From: Chara braunii
Lineage: Eukaryota; Plantae; Charophyceae
Direction: 5' to 3'
DNA: 62,682 nt
Assembly (NCBI GenBank): GCA_003427395.1
Contig: BFEA01000004.1
Location: forward strand, 3,850,160-3,912,841
The notes under the pieces were generated by a model. That model searched no databases, was not told the origin of the DNA, and was given only the letters and a program-made list of their open reading frames with translations. The translations under genes were made by a program, and so were the position numbers. Of this stretch, positions 50,881 through 62,682 are shown in pieces. Within the stretch, counting starts at the first letter, position 1; each line of letters opens with the position of its first letter.

Positions 50881-51318
50881 TAGGAAAAATGAGGGATCTG
50901 GCGGTTTGGCATAGACTGAAGAGGCGGCACCCTGAAGTGTTCTGATTGTCCAACATACTTATCATTCCATCGAACTTATCATTAATACTGATGTGGGACC
51001 AGGGTTAGTAGGGTAGGGAGTGTAGCGGTGTATCTGGCGCCGGGTTTGGGGTGAAGAGGTTCCCCCTTCTTTCCAATATCCTGCTCAGTCAATCCCGGGG
51101 ATCCCAGGGTAATCAATGCTGGCAGGAACCCCCCACATTTTTTTTCGGATGTACTCCAAATTCAGTCTGTATAAGGGACGTTGGACTCGTTTTCCAGCAG
51201 GTGATGCTCCTTATCAATAGATGGAGCCTCTCCCCGGGTGCTAGTGGTGACTGCTCTTATCAACACCACTAACACTGGTGGGGGTGAGTTCAAAAAAAAA
51301 AAAAAAAGAAAAAAAAAA
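50881..51318 (+). mobile_element. LINE 3' UTR and poly(A) tail
   Basis: An A-rich tail at 51292-51318 follows the ORF2 remnant. No TSD identified. Confidence 0.7.
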
Positions 51319-52069
51319 GAATCCTTCGGCAACCTCGGTGAAGGCATGTGCAAAGAGAGTTACCACAGACAAAGTTCAAGCTTTCACCACCAAAATTGTA
51401 AAGGCACGACTTTGGAGTGGGGAGTCATGCGTGTGGCGGTTATGAGCGGAACCAAGTCCCTTCGTGTGGTGGGCACCAATCTTCGGCGCCACAGGTTCAA
51501 CTGGTGAGTGGAAATGTGCCCTCGGAGTGTTTCGATAGGGCCGTACACACACCGGAACCGATTATATTGTATTTTGCAGGGGCTAATCTCAGCCTTGGGC
51601 CTAACACTGTTGGTTATGGTATTGTACTCTCATGTTGTGGATCTAGGGATCGAGACCAACGATCGGCAACGGAGGAGCAATGAAGTAATTTGAAGAAATT
51701 AAGGGGTTGAGGGTCCGATGAGACTATCTCGACAGGCCCAAGGGGGAGCCAACGGTCCCTTCCCCTCCCTTTGTTAGTGTGGCTTTCTTTTACCTTTTAT
51801 TGGTATTTTTACTTTTGGTCCCATCCCTTCCTTAGGACGAGGTCCGATAGCACTATTGAAACAGGTGGTGATATCGATCGACATAGTTCAGTTAGCGCAA
51901 AACCGAATTGCTGAGGGAGTTTGAACTCCATTGAAAGTAGACGAGTAAAATACTACAATTCTGAATGACGTGGAACCACTCAGTTCCGTGACGAGGTCCC
52001 AGGGTTATTATGTTAGTCGAGGACTTCGAGCACGAATCTCTAGAGGCTGGCCTATTGGGAAAGTAGTGT

Positions 52070-52270
52070 GATCGGGATGCTGGCGGAATTCCTCTATTCT
52101 GTCAATCTTGAATCGTGGACCGAGGAGGTCAATGTACGTGCATGCCAGCCGGTAGGTGACTAGCCTGTACAAGGCGGAGAAATTTGAGTGGCAGAAACCT
52201 TCTATGGGTGCACCATGCACCAACCACGATCTGCTGTAAGAGTTTTACTGTGAGAAACCTGTCTGGGCTG
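52070..52270 (+). pseudogene. Degenerate nuclear LSU (26S/28S) rRNA fragment, D2-D3 region
   Basis: GGATGCTGGCG...TCTTGAATCGTGGACCGAGGAG...GGGTGCACC...GATCTGCTGT...TGTGAG..ACCTGTC parallels the conserved LSU stretch GGATGCTGGCG...GTCTTGAAACACGGACCAAGGAG...GGTGCACC...GATCTTCTGT...TGTGAGCATACCTGT. Confidence 0.7.
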
Positions 52271-54824
52271 GTGCCGATGCTGGTTCCGAGGCCAGTAGTG
52301 CGACCGATTGACCTAACTGAGTTGGTACATGCTGAACTGTTGAAATATAGACCCGAGCCTGAACTTCATAGGAAGCAGATGAGGTAAATACTACAATTCT
52401 AATCTACCTACAAATGAGTATCTCAGTGATGAAATCGAAAGGTCACCGCCTACCGTTTGTTCTTCGAGATATCTGTTAGAATCAGGGGCGATATGTTATT
52501 CCGCTCCTGAGTAGTCGTGGATGAGTGTGTCTTCATGTAGTATTGTTTGCCAAGAAGATGCATCCATGCTTTTGCATTCATGCTTTTGCCCCACTTAAGT
52601 TTTCTTTTTTATTATTATTATATTTCCTTCCTTTTATTATTTTATTTTCTTTTTACAGATCTCCTTAATCTCGTAGCAAATGCAGGTAAACTTTTGTATC
52701 GATTAGCTTAAGGTAAAGTGGATCTAGTGCCCAAAATTGGGGCAGGTTCGCTCTAGCAACAGCCTGCTCGGCCAAGCGGCGTTACATGCTCCAGAATCGC
52801 ATAGCATGTCACCGCGCGAGAGATTAATCATTCTTGGAATGTGAGGGTATAGCGAGAGCGGGCGCAAGGGAACTGCATTAGTGAGGCGGAGCGCTAATCG
52901 AGGAAGAATAAGAGTCGAGGAAAAGTGGATTTGACGGGAGCGGCAAACATATATCTCACTCGTTCCTCGACGGAATCGAGCGAGCAAAGATATGCATCCG
53001 GGGTTTTTAGGCATTGCGAGTAGGATGGCAGACCCGGGGCCGCGTCGAAAGGGCTGGTTTGGGTGGCATAAGCATCAGGGACTGCGTGCGGGCATGGTGA
53101 AAATGAGCATAAAGAGGCGGAAAAATGGTAGATCTCAGTCATCTCCAAATGAATTTGAGTGAGGGAACAAACAAACCTGGGGTTCCGAAGCATTGCAAAT
53201 GGATTAGGCGTGCCAGATTGATGAATGGAGTCTTGGTTTGGTCGTTGTCGATACTTCAGGCTCCGCACAGAGCAGTTTCGACAAACGAAAGAAAGCTACG
53301 TATCTTTCCGCTTTGTAGCAGAGGATACATTCTCATTTTGCAGATTTTGTGAGTATCGCGGCGGAGACGTTTTTGCTCGTCAAGTGGCCATGTCCGTCTT
53401 CATGGTCACTATCATGATCGTGGTGCTGATATTGCTCGTCACGTTGCTCGTGTTCAATCCTGATCGTCGTGTCCATTCTTGAAGGACGTCGTATTGTGAT
53501 TTGGATGCAGCTCGTCTCCGGGCTTAGCTTCATAGTTGTCAATGCAACTCTGGCGCTGCTCCTCGTTGCTGCCCTGTGCTTATAAGGGTAAGCGAGTGAA
53601 GAATATAATAATAAAAATAAAGTAGAGTGGAATAAAAGGTTGCATGTGTATCTTCCCATGTTTTAGCGGAAGATCCAATCTCATTTTGTACATATGGTGA
53701 GTAGGACGAAGGGGGTAGGAAATTGCATATAGGAGAAAAAAAGGAAGAGCAACTCACCTTCCCGTTTTGCAGGCGGTCGGTGGTGTTCGTTTTGTTGTAG
53801 AGTGATGCTAAGAGCGTTATGAGGCTCGGGCGCTTCGCGCATAGGCAACGAAGAAAAAGGGGGGACGAACTTGGAAGGATCGGCGAGGAAAAAAAAAATT
53901 GTTAAGCTTGACACTAGTTCGACTTTGTGAAATGACTTGAGAGGTGTAGGATAGGTGGAAACTTCATTTTGTTTTTGTTTTCCGATGTGAGGACGAGTTG
54001 TGGAGACGCTTACGTGATCTAGGCAAACGACACCCGCATGTACCTTGGTTGGCCTTGCTATCTCACTTTAGAGCGACCAAAACCTGTGTTTTATAGTTAT
54101 GGTTAGTGAGTCTCAGATCACAGACTATGTGGGTTGTTGAGTTATCGTTGCTAATGAGTTATGAGCAGATAGAAGGTGTGGCAACGAGTTGCTCAGAGGA
54201 AGTGACATCGCGGCTTTGAGGAAGTGATCAAGCTTCTGCAAAGGGGTCATTGCGGCCAAGGGGAGAGCAATTTGACTTCAATTGGTCAAGCTTACTTTGC
54301 ATTTTGACCTCCATTGCGGGGCTCTCATGCGATCGAAGGTATCAAGGTCCTCTCACGCAAGTTGACATATCCACTCCTTGTATCCCAAGAGACCGAATTT
54401 CTTTCTTCTATCCTTCTTACTCTTAGTTTGATGTATTGGTTACGAGAGGAAGGCAACAGGCGGGATTGGAAGTCTGTACTACCGCATCAAGACCTTGTGG
54501 GAAGTCCACCCACCGATTGTGGGAGCTTTGTCGGAACCTAGTCGAGGTTATGGAGGCAAATAACTTTAAGGTACATCTTGTGTTTCTATGTGAACCCATT
54601 GTACCCTTATTAAATATATCCCTCTACTTTGACTGTTGTGTATGGATGCTTCCCTATGAACTTTTGTTCCTTGTTCAGGGTCTAATTAAGATTAATTAAG
54701 GGAATGCACGCATGAAATTCATCTACTATTTTCGTTGTTTCAATTCAGACAAAGAGGGATAATTAGAGGAAGGTGGGAGGAAGATAGTTATGCTTGCAAT
54801 TGATTGGGTCTCCAAAGGGTTAAG

Positions 54825-55945
54825 GAATGTGACTTCGGTTTGGCTTGGCCGCTTTGTTTATTTTGTTTCCTCAACAACTAGACAATGTGGCTTCGGTCAG
54901 GTCTAGTTGTTTAAATTTTTTGTTGATTCGTCTTCTTTGCAGTCAGACAATGTGGTACCGATCAGGGTTGGCTGTTGTATTGTCTTGTTTTCTTGGCAGT
55001 CAAATGATGTGACTTCGGTCAGGTCTAATTGTCATACCTTTATGAGTTGTTATCTGTGCAGCCAGACAACGTGGCTTCGGTTTGACCTAGCTGACTATGC
55101 TATGTCGTTTTTTTTATTACCCCTACCGGACAATGTGACTTCATGCTCTCATTGTTGTTCTTGTAGTGATTTGTTTGTTGAAAGGTTAAAAAGTTAGGTA
55201 ATGTGGCTTCGGTCCGACCCAACTAGTTTTTTCTGAGGGAGGTTTAAACTGACGCCCGACTTAGTTTGAGATCACATACATAGAATAATAATTTAAAAAT
55301 ATATTTTTTTATATAAATATATTAAACTTTTATTATTTAAAAAAAGCTAGTCAGACAATATGGCTTCGTATCTCACCTTGTAGGCCGAAGGCGACATCAT
55401 ACATCTACGCTTTCCATCTTCATATGCCAGATCCAATATGGCTAGGAGTCAGTTGAGTCGCCCGCCTTAGGAACTAACTAGATCCTCAATTGAAATGAAA
55501 TTGGGTGAGTACTTACATATTAGCATGAAATCAATCATGCTCTCCTCTTTCGAGTCGGTCGTTACGGGGTCTATGAAGGCGCTCGCGTTCATTGAATTGC
55601 TTTCTTTTCTACATACAATCCACCAACTTTCCACGATATTGTCATGGTTGTTTGTTTGTATGGTCTCACTATAACTTACTATAAAAAGGAAGATAGTATT
55701 CAATTAAAAAAATATAACGAATGTAACCAAGGCAGAATGAACAATGTGGATTTATTTTAACTCAGTATTAGTCTTTGAAAGATTAACAGACTTAAAGAAG
55801 TACTATAAACTTCGATATTAAACACTTGGCAGAGCCAGACAATATAACTTCAGTTTGGTCCATTTAACTGCCTAATGAAGAGAAGTAATTGTGCCTTTCG
55901 TTTGTGTATGCAAAGGCAAGGGTTAGCAATGTGGCTTCGGTTTGG
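54825..55945 (+). repeat. Motif array (CA)GACAATGTGGCTTCGGT with T-rich variable spacers
   Basis: Copies near 54826, 54881, 54945, 55005, 55064, 55129, 55200, 55354, 55838 and 55927. Confidence 0.8.
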
Positions 55946-55948
55946 ATT

Positions 55949-56774
55949 AACTTTCTTATGTCATATGTAAGTTAGGATAATGAGATTTATCCAAATGAGA
56001 AACAATAAATTATTTATAAGAAAAATATCAAAATGAGAGTTTTTACTCATTGTGGTACGAATTTGCATGTGTATTGAGTGTAAGCTCTGCCTAATCAGAG
56101 TCTTGGAGTTGGAAGGTAGTCGTTTTATAACTCGCTATGTGCACGAGTGATAAGAGATAACTTTGATTTCGCATATCTTTTGTATTAGGACTTAGACTTG
56201 TACGATTTTAGATATAAATTCTCTAAAGAAGTTGTTGTCCAAAATTATACAGGATCTAAAAAGCTAAATACTTCTTTCAACCTCCACATAATAAAATTGT
56301 TCAACTAATTTTTGAATTAGCATAAATTTGTCGTTCTGTCTTCTCTAAAGGAGATGTTGTCTAAATTTTTACCATTATAAAAAACAGAGTGACAAATTTA
56401 TGCTAATTCGAAAATTAGTTGGACAATTTTATTATGCAAAGGCTGAAAGAAGTATCTAACTTCTTAGATCCTGTATAATTTTGGACAGCAACTCCTTTAG
56501 AGAATTTATATCCCAAATCGTACAAGTCTAAGTCTTAACACAAAAGATATGTGAAAGTAAAGTTATCTCTTATCACTCCAGCGCATAGCGAGTTATAAAA
56601 CGACTACCTTTTAACTCCAAGACTCCGAATAGGCAAAACTTACACTCAATACACATGCAAATTCGTACCACAATGAGTAAAAACTCTCATTTGCATATTT
56701 TTCTCATAAATAATTCATTATTTCTCATTTGAATAAATCTCACTATCCTAACTTACATATGACATAAGAAGGTT
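55949..56774. repeat. Long inverted repeat with ~390-bp arms and a ~44-nt spacer
   Basis: 55949-56339 is the reverse complement of 56384-56774 with scattered substitutions. Confidence 0.9.
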
Positions 56775-57890
56775 GCTGCCCAAATTTTTACTAATTCAAA
56801 GAGTTAAACAAAATTTGCCTTTAAAAAATATATAAATTTTATCTGACTCAAATGTGGATTTCCTAAGGGAGGTGTTGTCTAAATTTTTGTTAATCCGATG
56901 AATTAGATAAAATTCTGGTCTTTTTGAGTTAGAAGTTTTCTTTATTTTCATGTTTTAGTCTTATCATCTCTTACATAAATTTTGTGAAGACATTTTTCCT
57001 ACGGGAAACGCTGCTGAAATTTCCTGAAATCTAGGGGAGATTGAATATTTAACGACTGTGAAAGTTTTGGCGATCTAACCCTGCAAGGGAAGATGTTGTC
57101 AATATTCGTGATATTTAGTCTTATATAACTTTTGTGAAAACACTTTTCCTACAGAAAGCGCTACCCAAATTTCATGAAATCTAAGGAAGTTATAATATTT
57201 TAAGACTGAAAATCTTGGCGATCTAACCCTGCTCGGGAAGATGCTACTAATATTCTTAATATTTTTTTTACGAGTATCAGAGATAAGGTATGAAGGTAGG
57301 ATTGTTCCATATTCACTCAAGCATAGTTTGAACACTGACTTGCGTTGTGTTGCGTGTCATTTTCTTTTAGATTGTTTTAAGGGTTGACTAGCTTCTGGCT
57401 AATCACACGAGGATCATCTTTTGTTATCTTTTGATAACAGGTCCGTGTCCGACTCAATTTTTAACTCATTCTCGTTGTGGGCTGAAATTATTTTTTTTGT
57501 TCTTACCCGGACTTTTATTCAATAGACATTTAAAAAAGGTTGAGTGTTTTTTTTTTGGAGTTTGGACAAAGGTTGGAGCTTGTGTGAATAAGGCAAGGGA
57601 TGAGAGTGCAGTGAGTGGTTGAAGTTGACCCCGTGTAACATGTAGTATGCCAATGTTCAATCTTTGGTGTGATTGCATATATGTTTTCTTAGCCAAAGTT
57701 CAAATTTGACTTTGTCTGCAATCATGTGTATATTTTGAAGGGAATCACACTGAGATTGTGAGAGTGATCGCCTTGTGTTTTATAACCTCGTTATATTTAT
57801 ATTTTGTGTATATGCATGGTCTACTTTGATCGTACATAGGGGTTGAGCAAATTTGTGTCGAAAGAAAAGAGAGATCCCCTTTTATCATCG

Positions 57891-58941
57891 CAGCGGCGGA
57901 CAAGTCCGGACACCGGAAACCGGATTTTTCGGTTTCATGCAAACATCCGAATTTCCGGTATTTTCCGGTTAATCCGGACATGTCCAGATCGGCCAGTCCG
58001 GATCCCTGTCCGGATGGGTGTACATGTCCGAAAAAAAATAAAAATAAAAATAAAAAATTGTTATACAAAGTACTGCAAATGGGTTGAAAACAACGAAAAG
58101 GCCATGTGGCACAGGTAGGGGTGGGGAGGGGAGGTTATAGTGAGTACATTTCAACAACCAAGATAAGGGGGAGGAGGGCGAAGACGTGGAGGAGCAACAG
58201 GAGGAGGGCAAAGTCGTGGATGGTGAAGAACGGGAGGAGGATGAAGACAAGGAACATGACGACAAAGTTCCAGAAAAAAAAGGAAAAAAGGTGCCACGTG
58301 GCATAAGCAGGGAAGGGAGCGGGGGAGGTTATAACAAGTACCTGACGATGACCAAGACGAGGAGGAGGAGGAGGAGCAGGAGGAGGACGCAAACATGGAG
58401 AAGGAGGAGGCAGATGGAGGAGCAGAAAGGAGGAAGACCACGACAACAAAACGACGAGCGAGCGAGCGAGCGAGAGAGAGAGAGAGCTGCTTCCACTACT
58501 CCTTGCTGGGCTCCTCGCGTGGCCTACGCTGCAACCACTGCCATCTCTTCTGCGTCTGCTCCTTGCCTGCTATGGCCGCCTCGTTGCCCTGCTTCTTTCT
58601 CCCTCTGACAATGGTGGTAGTGGCGGGCATGCAAGCTCAAACGTTGTTGTGGGAGGGGGGCCGACCGAACTCGTAAGGCGGGAGGATGAATTCAAAGACT
58701 GTGCCCACTACGAAGCTGCCACGATGCAAGGACGACATTCAAACGGGCAGAAACATACAAGGAAGAAAACTTCCCACAGGCAAAAAAAAAAATTATCCTC
58801 CTACCGGGTGCCCAGGCCAAAAAAAATCTGCTCGTATTTTTGGCTGTGAGGAGGAGGAGGAGGAGCGGGAGGAGGACGCAGACATGGAGAAGGAGGAGGC
58901 GGATGGAGGAGCAGAAAGGAGGAAGACCATGACAACAAAAC

Positions 58942-58984
<43 letters not shown>

Positions 58985-59184
58985 NNNNNNNNNNNNNNNN
59001 NNNNNNNNNNNNNNNNNNNNNNNNNNNNNNNNNNNNNNNNNNNNNNNNNNNNNNNNNNNNNNNNNNNNNNNNNNNNNNNNNNNNNNNNNNNNNNNNNNNN
59101 NNNNNNNNNNNNNNNNNNNNNNNNNNNNNNNNNNNNNNNAGGCGGATGGAGGAGCAGAAAGGAGGAAGACCATGACAACAAAAC

Positions 59185-59236
<52 letters not shown>

Positions 59237-60151
59237 GCTTCCACTGCTCCTTGCTGGGCTCCTCGCGTGGCCTTCGCTGCAGCCACTGCCAGCTCTTCTG
59301 CGCCTGCTCCGCGTCTGCTCCTTGCCTATTATGGCTGCCTTGTTGCCCTGCTTCTTCCTCCCTCTGACAATGGTGGTAGTGCTGGGCATGCAAGCTCAAA
59401 CGTTGTTGTGGGAGGGGGGGCGACCGAACTCGTTTCGAAGCATTTTTTTTTTCTTTTTTTTCTTTTTTCTGTTTTTATTTTTGTTCCGCAATAGAAAACA
59501 ACAATGACCCCCCAAAAAATATGGGCGTGTAGGGTTTTTTGAGCCCTACACACCCTTTTTTTTTTTTCATGTGTTAGAAAAAAAAATAAAAATCCTGCAC
59601 CGAACTTGGCTGGCCGGCCGAGGCCGAACCTGGCCGATTTGGCCGTGGGCCGAGGCCGCGGCCGGGCGTGCAACATAGGTCTGTGCCAAAAACTTGGTGT
59701 TGACGACATTCCCACCTTCCCCTCTTCTTCGTCTGTGTATGGTTGGGGACTGGCGCATTCTTCGTGTGTGAGCACCAGACCCCTTCACACCATGGAATGA
59801 TGATGATGATGTATGTTTGGGGCTGCATTGCAACATTGATTGTTCGGATCATTGGCATCTAAGTTTTCCGCTACACTATCTTGTACTTTGTGAGAGAGGT
59901 CGGTTTTTGTTCTGGTCTGCACCGTTACGGTATGCAACAGATCCGGACCTCCGGACAGGGATCCGGACCGTCCGGTGAACGTGTCTGGATCCCGGTCCGG
60001 ATTCCAGACCCTTTGGCCAATGGCCAAATTTTTTTTCCGCTCTCCAGGGCGTTTCGTCTCGCCCAGGGCGGCCAGCCAAAAATACGAGCAGATTTTTTTT
60101 GGTCTTGAAGGGGCATCCGATAGGGCTATAATTTTTTTTTTTGCCTGTGGG
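57891..60151. mobile_element. Composite DNA-transposon remnant(s): CCGG-rich subterminal blocks, an internal duplication and a ~75-bp TIR pair
   Basis: TCCGGATCCCTGTCCGGA (~57997) is inverted at ~59950. CCCACAGGCAAAA.. 58773-58845 is inverted at 60074-60151. 58360-58672 is repeated at 58848-59432. (GA)n tracts. Confidence 0.55.
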
Positions 60152-60999
60152 TGTGTGTGATTGGGCAGAATTTACGATATTGTTAAGAACTCTGTCGTGT
60201 GCCAGGTTGGTATACATTGTTGTTGTGAGATCTGCTGGGCGATGTAGGGAGGGCCCATAAGGGAGTTTGCATTCAGCTTGAGATCCAAATTAGCCACCTG
60301 AGCACTTTGCGCAATCCAACCGCGTTGTATGCCACTTTCTTGATGAAGCTCCTTGTGCCTAGTGAACATAGCACTGGTCACGACAGGGAGAGCACAGCCA
60401 CGTGAGCAAGAGACCACTGCTGTACTTCCAAGATGTTTATGAAGGGGCCTGTTATGCAGATCTAAGACTGAAGGTCGGTGAGTAGTCAGCCTGGTGCAGA
60501 TTGGAAAAGCTTGTTTCGACGAGTGACTCCAAAGATTGGATGAAAAGCAGGTGGAGAGCTTCTTGTAAGTGGAAGCGGCCATTCATAGACTGGGTAAACG
60601 TGTACAAGCATGAAGCGATGACGCGTGGCACGAAGCGATGACACGTGGCATGGAGCCGCGGCAACATGTGGCATGGAGCGGCGACAACATGTGGCACGGA
60701 GCCGCGACAACATGTGGCAAACGGTTGAAGTGGGAGCGGAACAGACTGGGTAACCGTGTACAACGAGTTCCATGTGGTCGTACACGGTGTTGGGAGAAAA
60801 CCCGGGGAGGGGCTACCTACCGTTCGCTGAAGCCATGGGCTACGGCGCCTGTCACTTTGCTGCGCCCGCTTCCGAGGTCCTCGGCGATCATTAGGGATGA
60901 TATCCACAAGTTTACAGAAATTGGTTTTAGGAAATAAACAGCGATAGTAAATAAATAAAAGAATAGCAAAGTCAAAACTAGAATTCTCTCTCAATCTGT

Positions 61000-61372
61000 C
61001 TCTCACTGTGTGTGTGTGTGTGTGTGCGTGCGTGCGTGTCTGCTTGCGTGTGTGTTATGTGTGGGCGCACTTCTACCACTGCGCTGCCTTGCTTCAGAGT
61101 TCGGAACTTCCAACTTCCTCAAAAGACCGCTGTATCACTGTCCCCTTCTCCTNGAGTTCGGAACTTCCAACTTCCTCAAAAGACCGCTGTATCACTGTCC
61201 CCTTCTCCTTGCGTGAACCTGCTCCCGCTCTCTCTCTCTTTCTCTCTCTCTCTGTCTATCTCAGTCCCTGTCCCCCTCTCTCTGCGTGAGTCTGTTCTCT
61301 CTCTGTCTCTCTCTCTCTCTTTCTCTCTGTCTGCCTCAGTCCCTGTCCCCCTCTCTCTGCGTGAGTCTGTTA

Positions 61373-61437
<65 letters not shown>

Positions 61438-61515
61438 ATCTCAGTCCTTGTCCCCCCTCTCTCTGCGTGAGTCTGTTCTCTCTCTGTCTCTCTGTCTCTC
61501 TCTCTCTCTCTCTTA
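61000..61515. repeat. (TG)n/(CT)n microsatellites with compound CT-rich units
   Basis: Directly visible. Confidence 0.9.
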
Positions 61516-61819
61516 ATCGATCGACCGTCTCGGAATCAACCTCCCGCACAACCACGACCAGATTCATTAAACAACCAGCAACTAACAGCTCGTTGAACGT
61601 CGTTCTTGTGAGCGAGGTCTGAGTGCATGCAAGTCAGGGCCATCTTAGGAATTAGCGGTGAAAATAGTGACAAAATTTGGATAATCGGTATATCTATTAA
61701 TCCTCTCACCGCTGATTGCGTCTGATAACTTTCATCATATTCCCCAAGCACCCATTGGGAGTGCATTCACGTTTATTAGTGGGTCTTTGCATGTTGGGGG
61801 ATGCACTCACAACTCTCTC

Positions 61820-62222
61820 AACGCATTGGTGTGGGCACGATCCCCCAAACTACAGATACCAGATCTCATCATCAGCGGAATGAGACTGTACTTTTCGTTA
61901 CCGGTAGCTTTCGCCCCCTTCCTTTCTGAAGAGTATGGACGAGTAGATGAACTCGATGCTTGTCTCCGNCCAGATTCATTCATTGGTGTGGGCACTATCC
62001 CCCAAACAACAAATACCAGATCTCATCATCAGCGGAATGAGACTGTACTTTTCGTTACCGGTAGCTTTCGCCCCCCTTCATTTCTGGAGAGTATGGACGG
62101 GTAGATGAACTCGACTCTTGTCTTCGGACAGATTCATTCATTGGTGTGGGCACTATCCCCCAAACAACAGATACCAAATCTCATCATCAGCGGAATGAGA
62201 CTGTATTTTTCGTTACCGGTAT
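61820..62222. repeat. ~158-bp tandem repeat, about 2.5 copies
   Basis: CATTGGTGTGGGCAC..CCCCCAAAC..GATCTCATCATCAGCGGAATGAGACTGTA at 61824, 61981 and 62139. Confidence 0.85.
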
Positions 62223-62682
62223 AGCAGAACCAGTCAACAGCTCAGCGACAGAGAGTGGATGTTCCTTCAACTAGAGGGAATGCAGACCCAATCAACAACG
62301 AGTATAGTTGTTCTTCTCACTAGCGGGATAGCAAGACCAATCATCAACAAATGTGGTCGTTCCTTTCACTAGTGGGATAGCGGCACCAATCAATAGCAGA
62401 ATATGCGGGATGGCAGGTCCCGTCAACTGCTCATCTCTGATCTTCCTTTCGTGTCACACATCTCACAGCAGTGAACGTCATGCTTCCTTGGCTTAGCGAA
62501 AGCTTACAGATACCCTCACTTGTGGAGCCCTTGTACTTCGTACACCTGGCGCATTTCTCCCCGAAAACGAGCTTTTCCCCCTGTACACCAGGCACACCTC
62601 CCTTCTGAACTCCGCTTTTCCCTACGCATACCGCTGTGTACACCAGGCACCGCTTCTCCTTCCCTCTCAACTGTGCTTTCCC

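Larger units (their letters stand above)
52700..57880 (+). mobile_element. Giant-LTR family fragment E (further diverged subfamily)
   Basis: 54290-54720 is homologous to 27930-28350; 56210-57250 resembles 35060-35400; 57405-57475 matches 35665-35735. Ends not defined. Confidence 0.6.
60788..62682 (-). mobile_element. LTR retroelement end running off the window
   Basis: Plus-strand TGTTGGGAG terminus homologous to 1373-1498, with (TG)n and (CT)n tracts and tandem repeats related to 1-360. Strand is inferred. Confidence 0.5.

Noticed and set aside
51320-51800. Coding-like stretch after the LINE tail
   Set aside because: Multiple stops and no recognisable motif; probably another decayed TE, but this cannot be supported.
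52008-52223. Minus-strand 71-aa ORF resembling 'antisense-to-rRNA' proteins
   Set aside because: It is simply the antisense translation of the LSU rRNA fragment.
54825-55945. CRISPR-like repeat-spacer pattern (also 28440-28985 and 1505-1990)
   Set aside because: Repeats are degenerate, spacing is irregular, spacers are T-rich, there are no cas genes, and the context is eukaryotic TE sequence.
60410-60625. Protein-like plus frame PLLYFQDVYEGACYADLRLKVGE*SAWCRLEK..
   Set aside because: Short, interrupted and with no family I can assign.
61096-61209. Exact ~57-bp tandem duplication
   Set aside because: The copies are separated by a single N, so this is likely a contig-overlap artefact.

Overview
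Eukaryotic, repeat-saturated draft-assembly DNA with several N gaps. I found no intact host gene, no CRISPR array and no complete RNA gene. The repeat style and the gag-like protein resemble a streptophyte alga such as Chara (inference only). Most of the window is a nest of related LTR retroelements with very long LTRs (about 5-6 kb) that start TGTCC and end ...CGACA. Two of these LTRs are followed by a tRNA-Asp primer-binding site (15090, 36649). Their internal regions share an unidentified decayed ORF, one also has a decayed gag-like ORF, and neither shows pol. At least six diverged copies or fragments of this LTR superfamily occur (1499-3860 -, 5485-15087 +, 20932-26607 +, ~20702-36646 +, 40758-~42560 -, ~52700-57880 +), plus a 1.28-kb solo LTR with related ends. 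Most copies carry a different short-motif array at the same position, next to a conserved exon-like block. Inserted among them are two hAT-type MITEs (8-bp TSD), a 146-bp hairpin satellite with flip/flop loops, a ~5-kb foldback array, a split-direct-repeat element, a 5'-truncated L1/Tx1-type LINE, an LSU-rRNA-derived insert flanked by direct repeats, and a 390-bp-arm inverted repeat. The contig at 13121-14162 appears mis-oriented in the scaffold. All alignments were done by eye; boundaries without a TSD or PBS are approximate.
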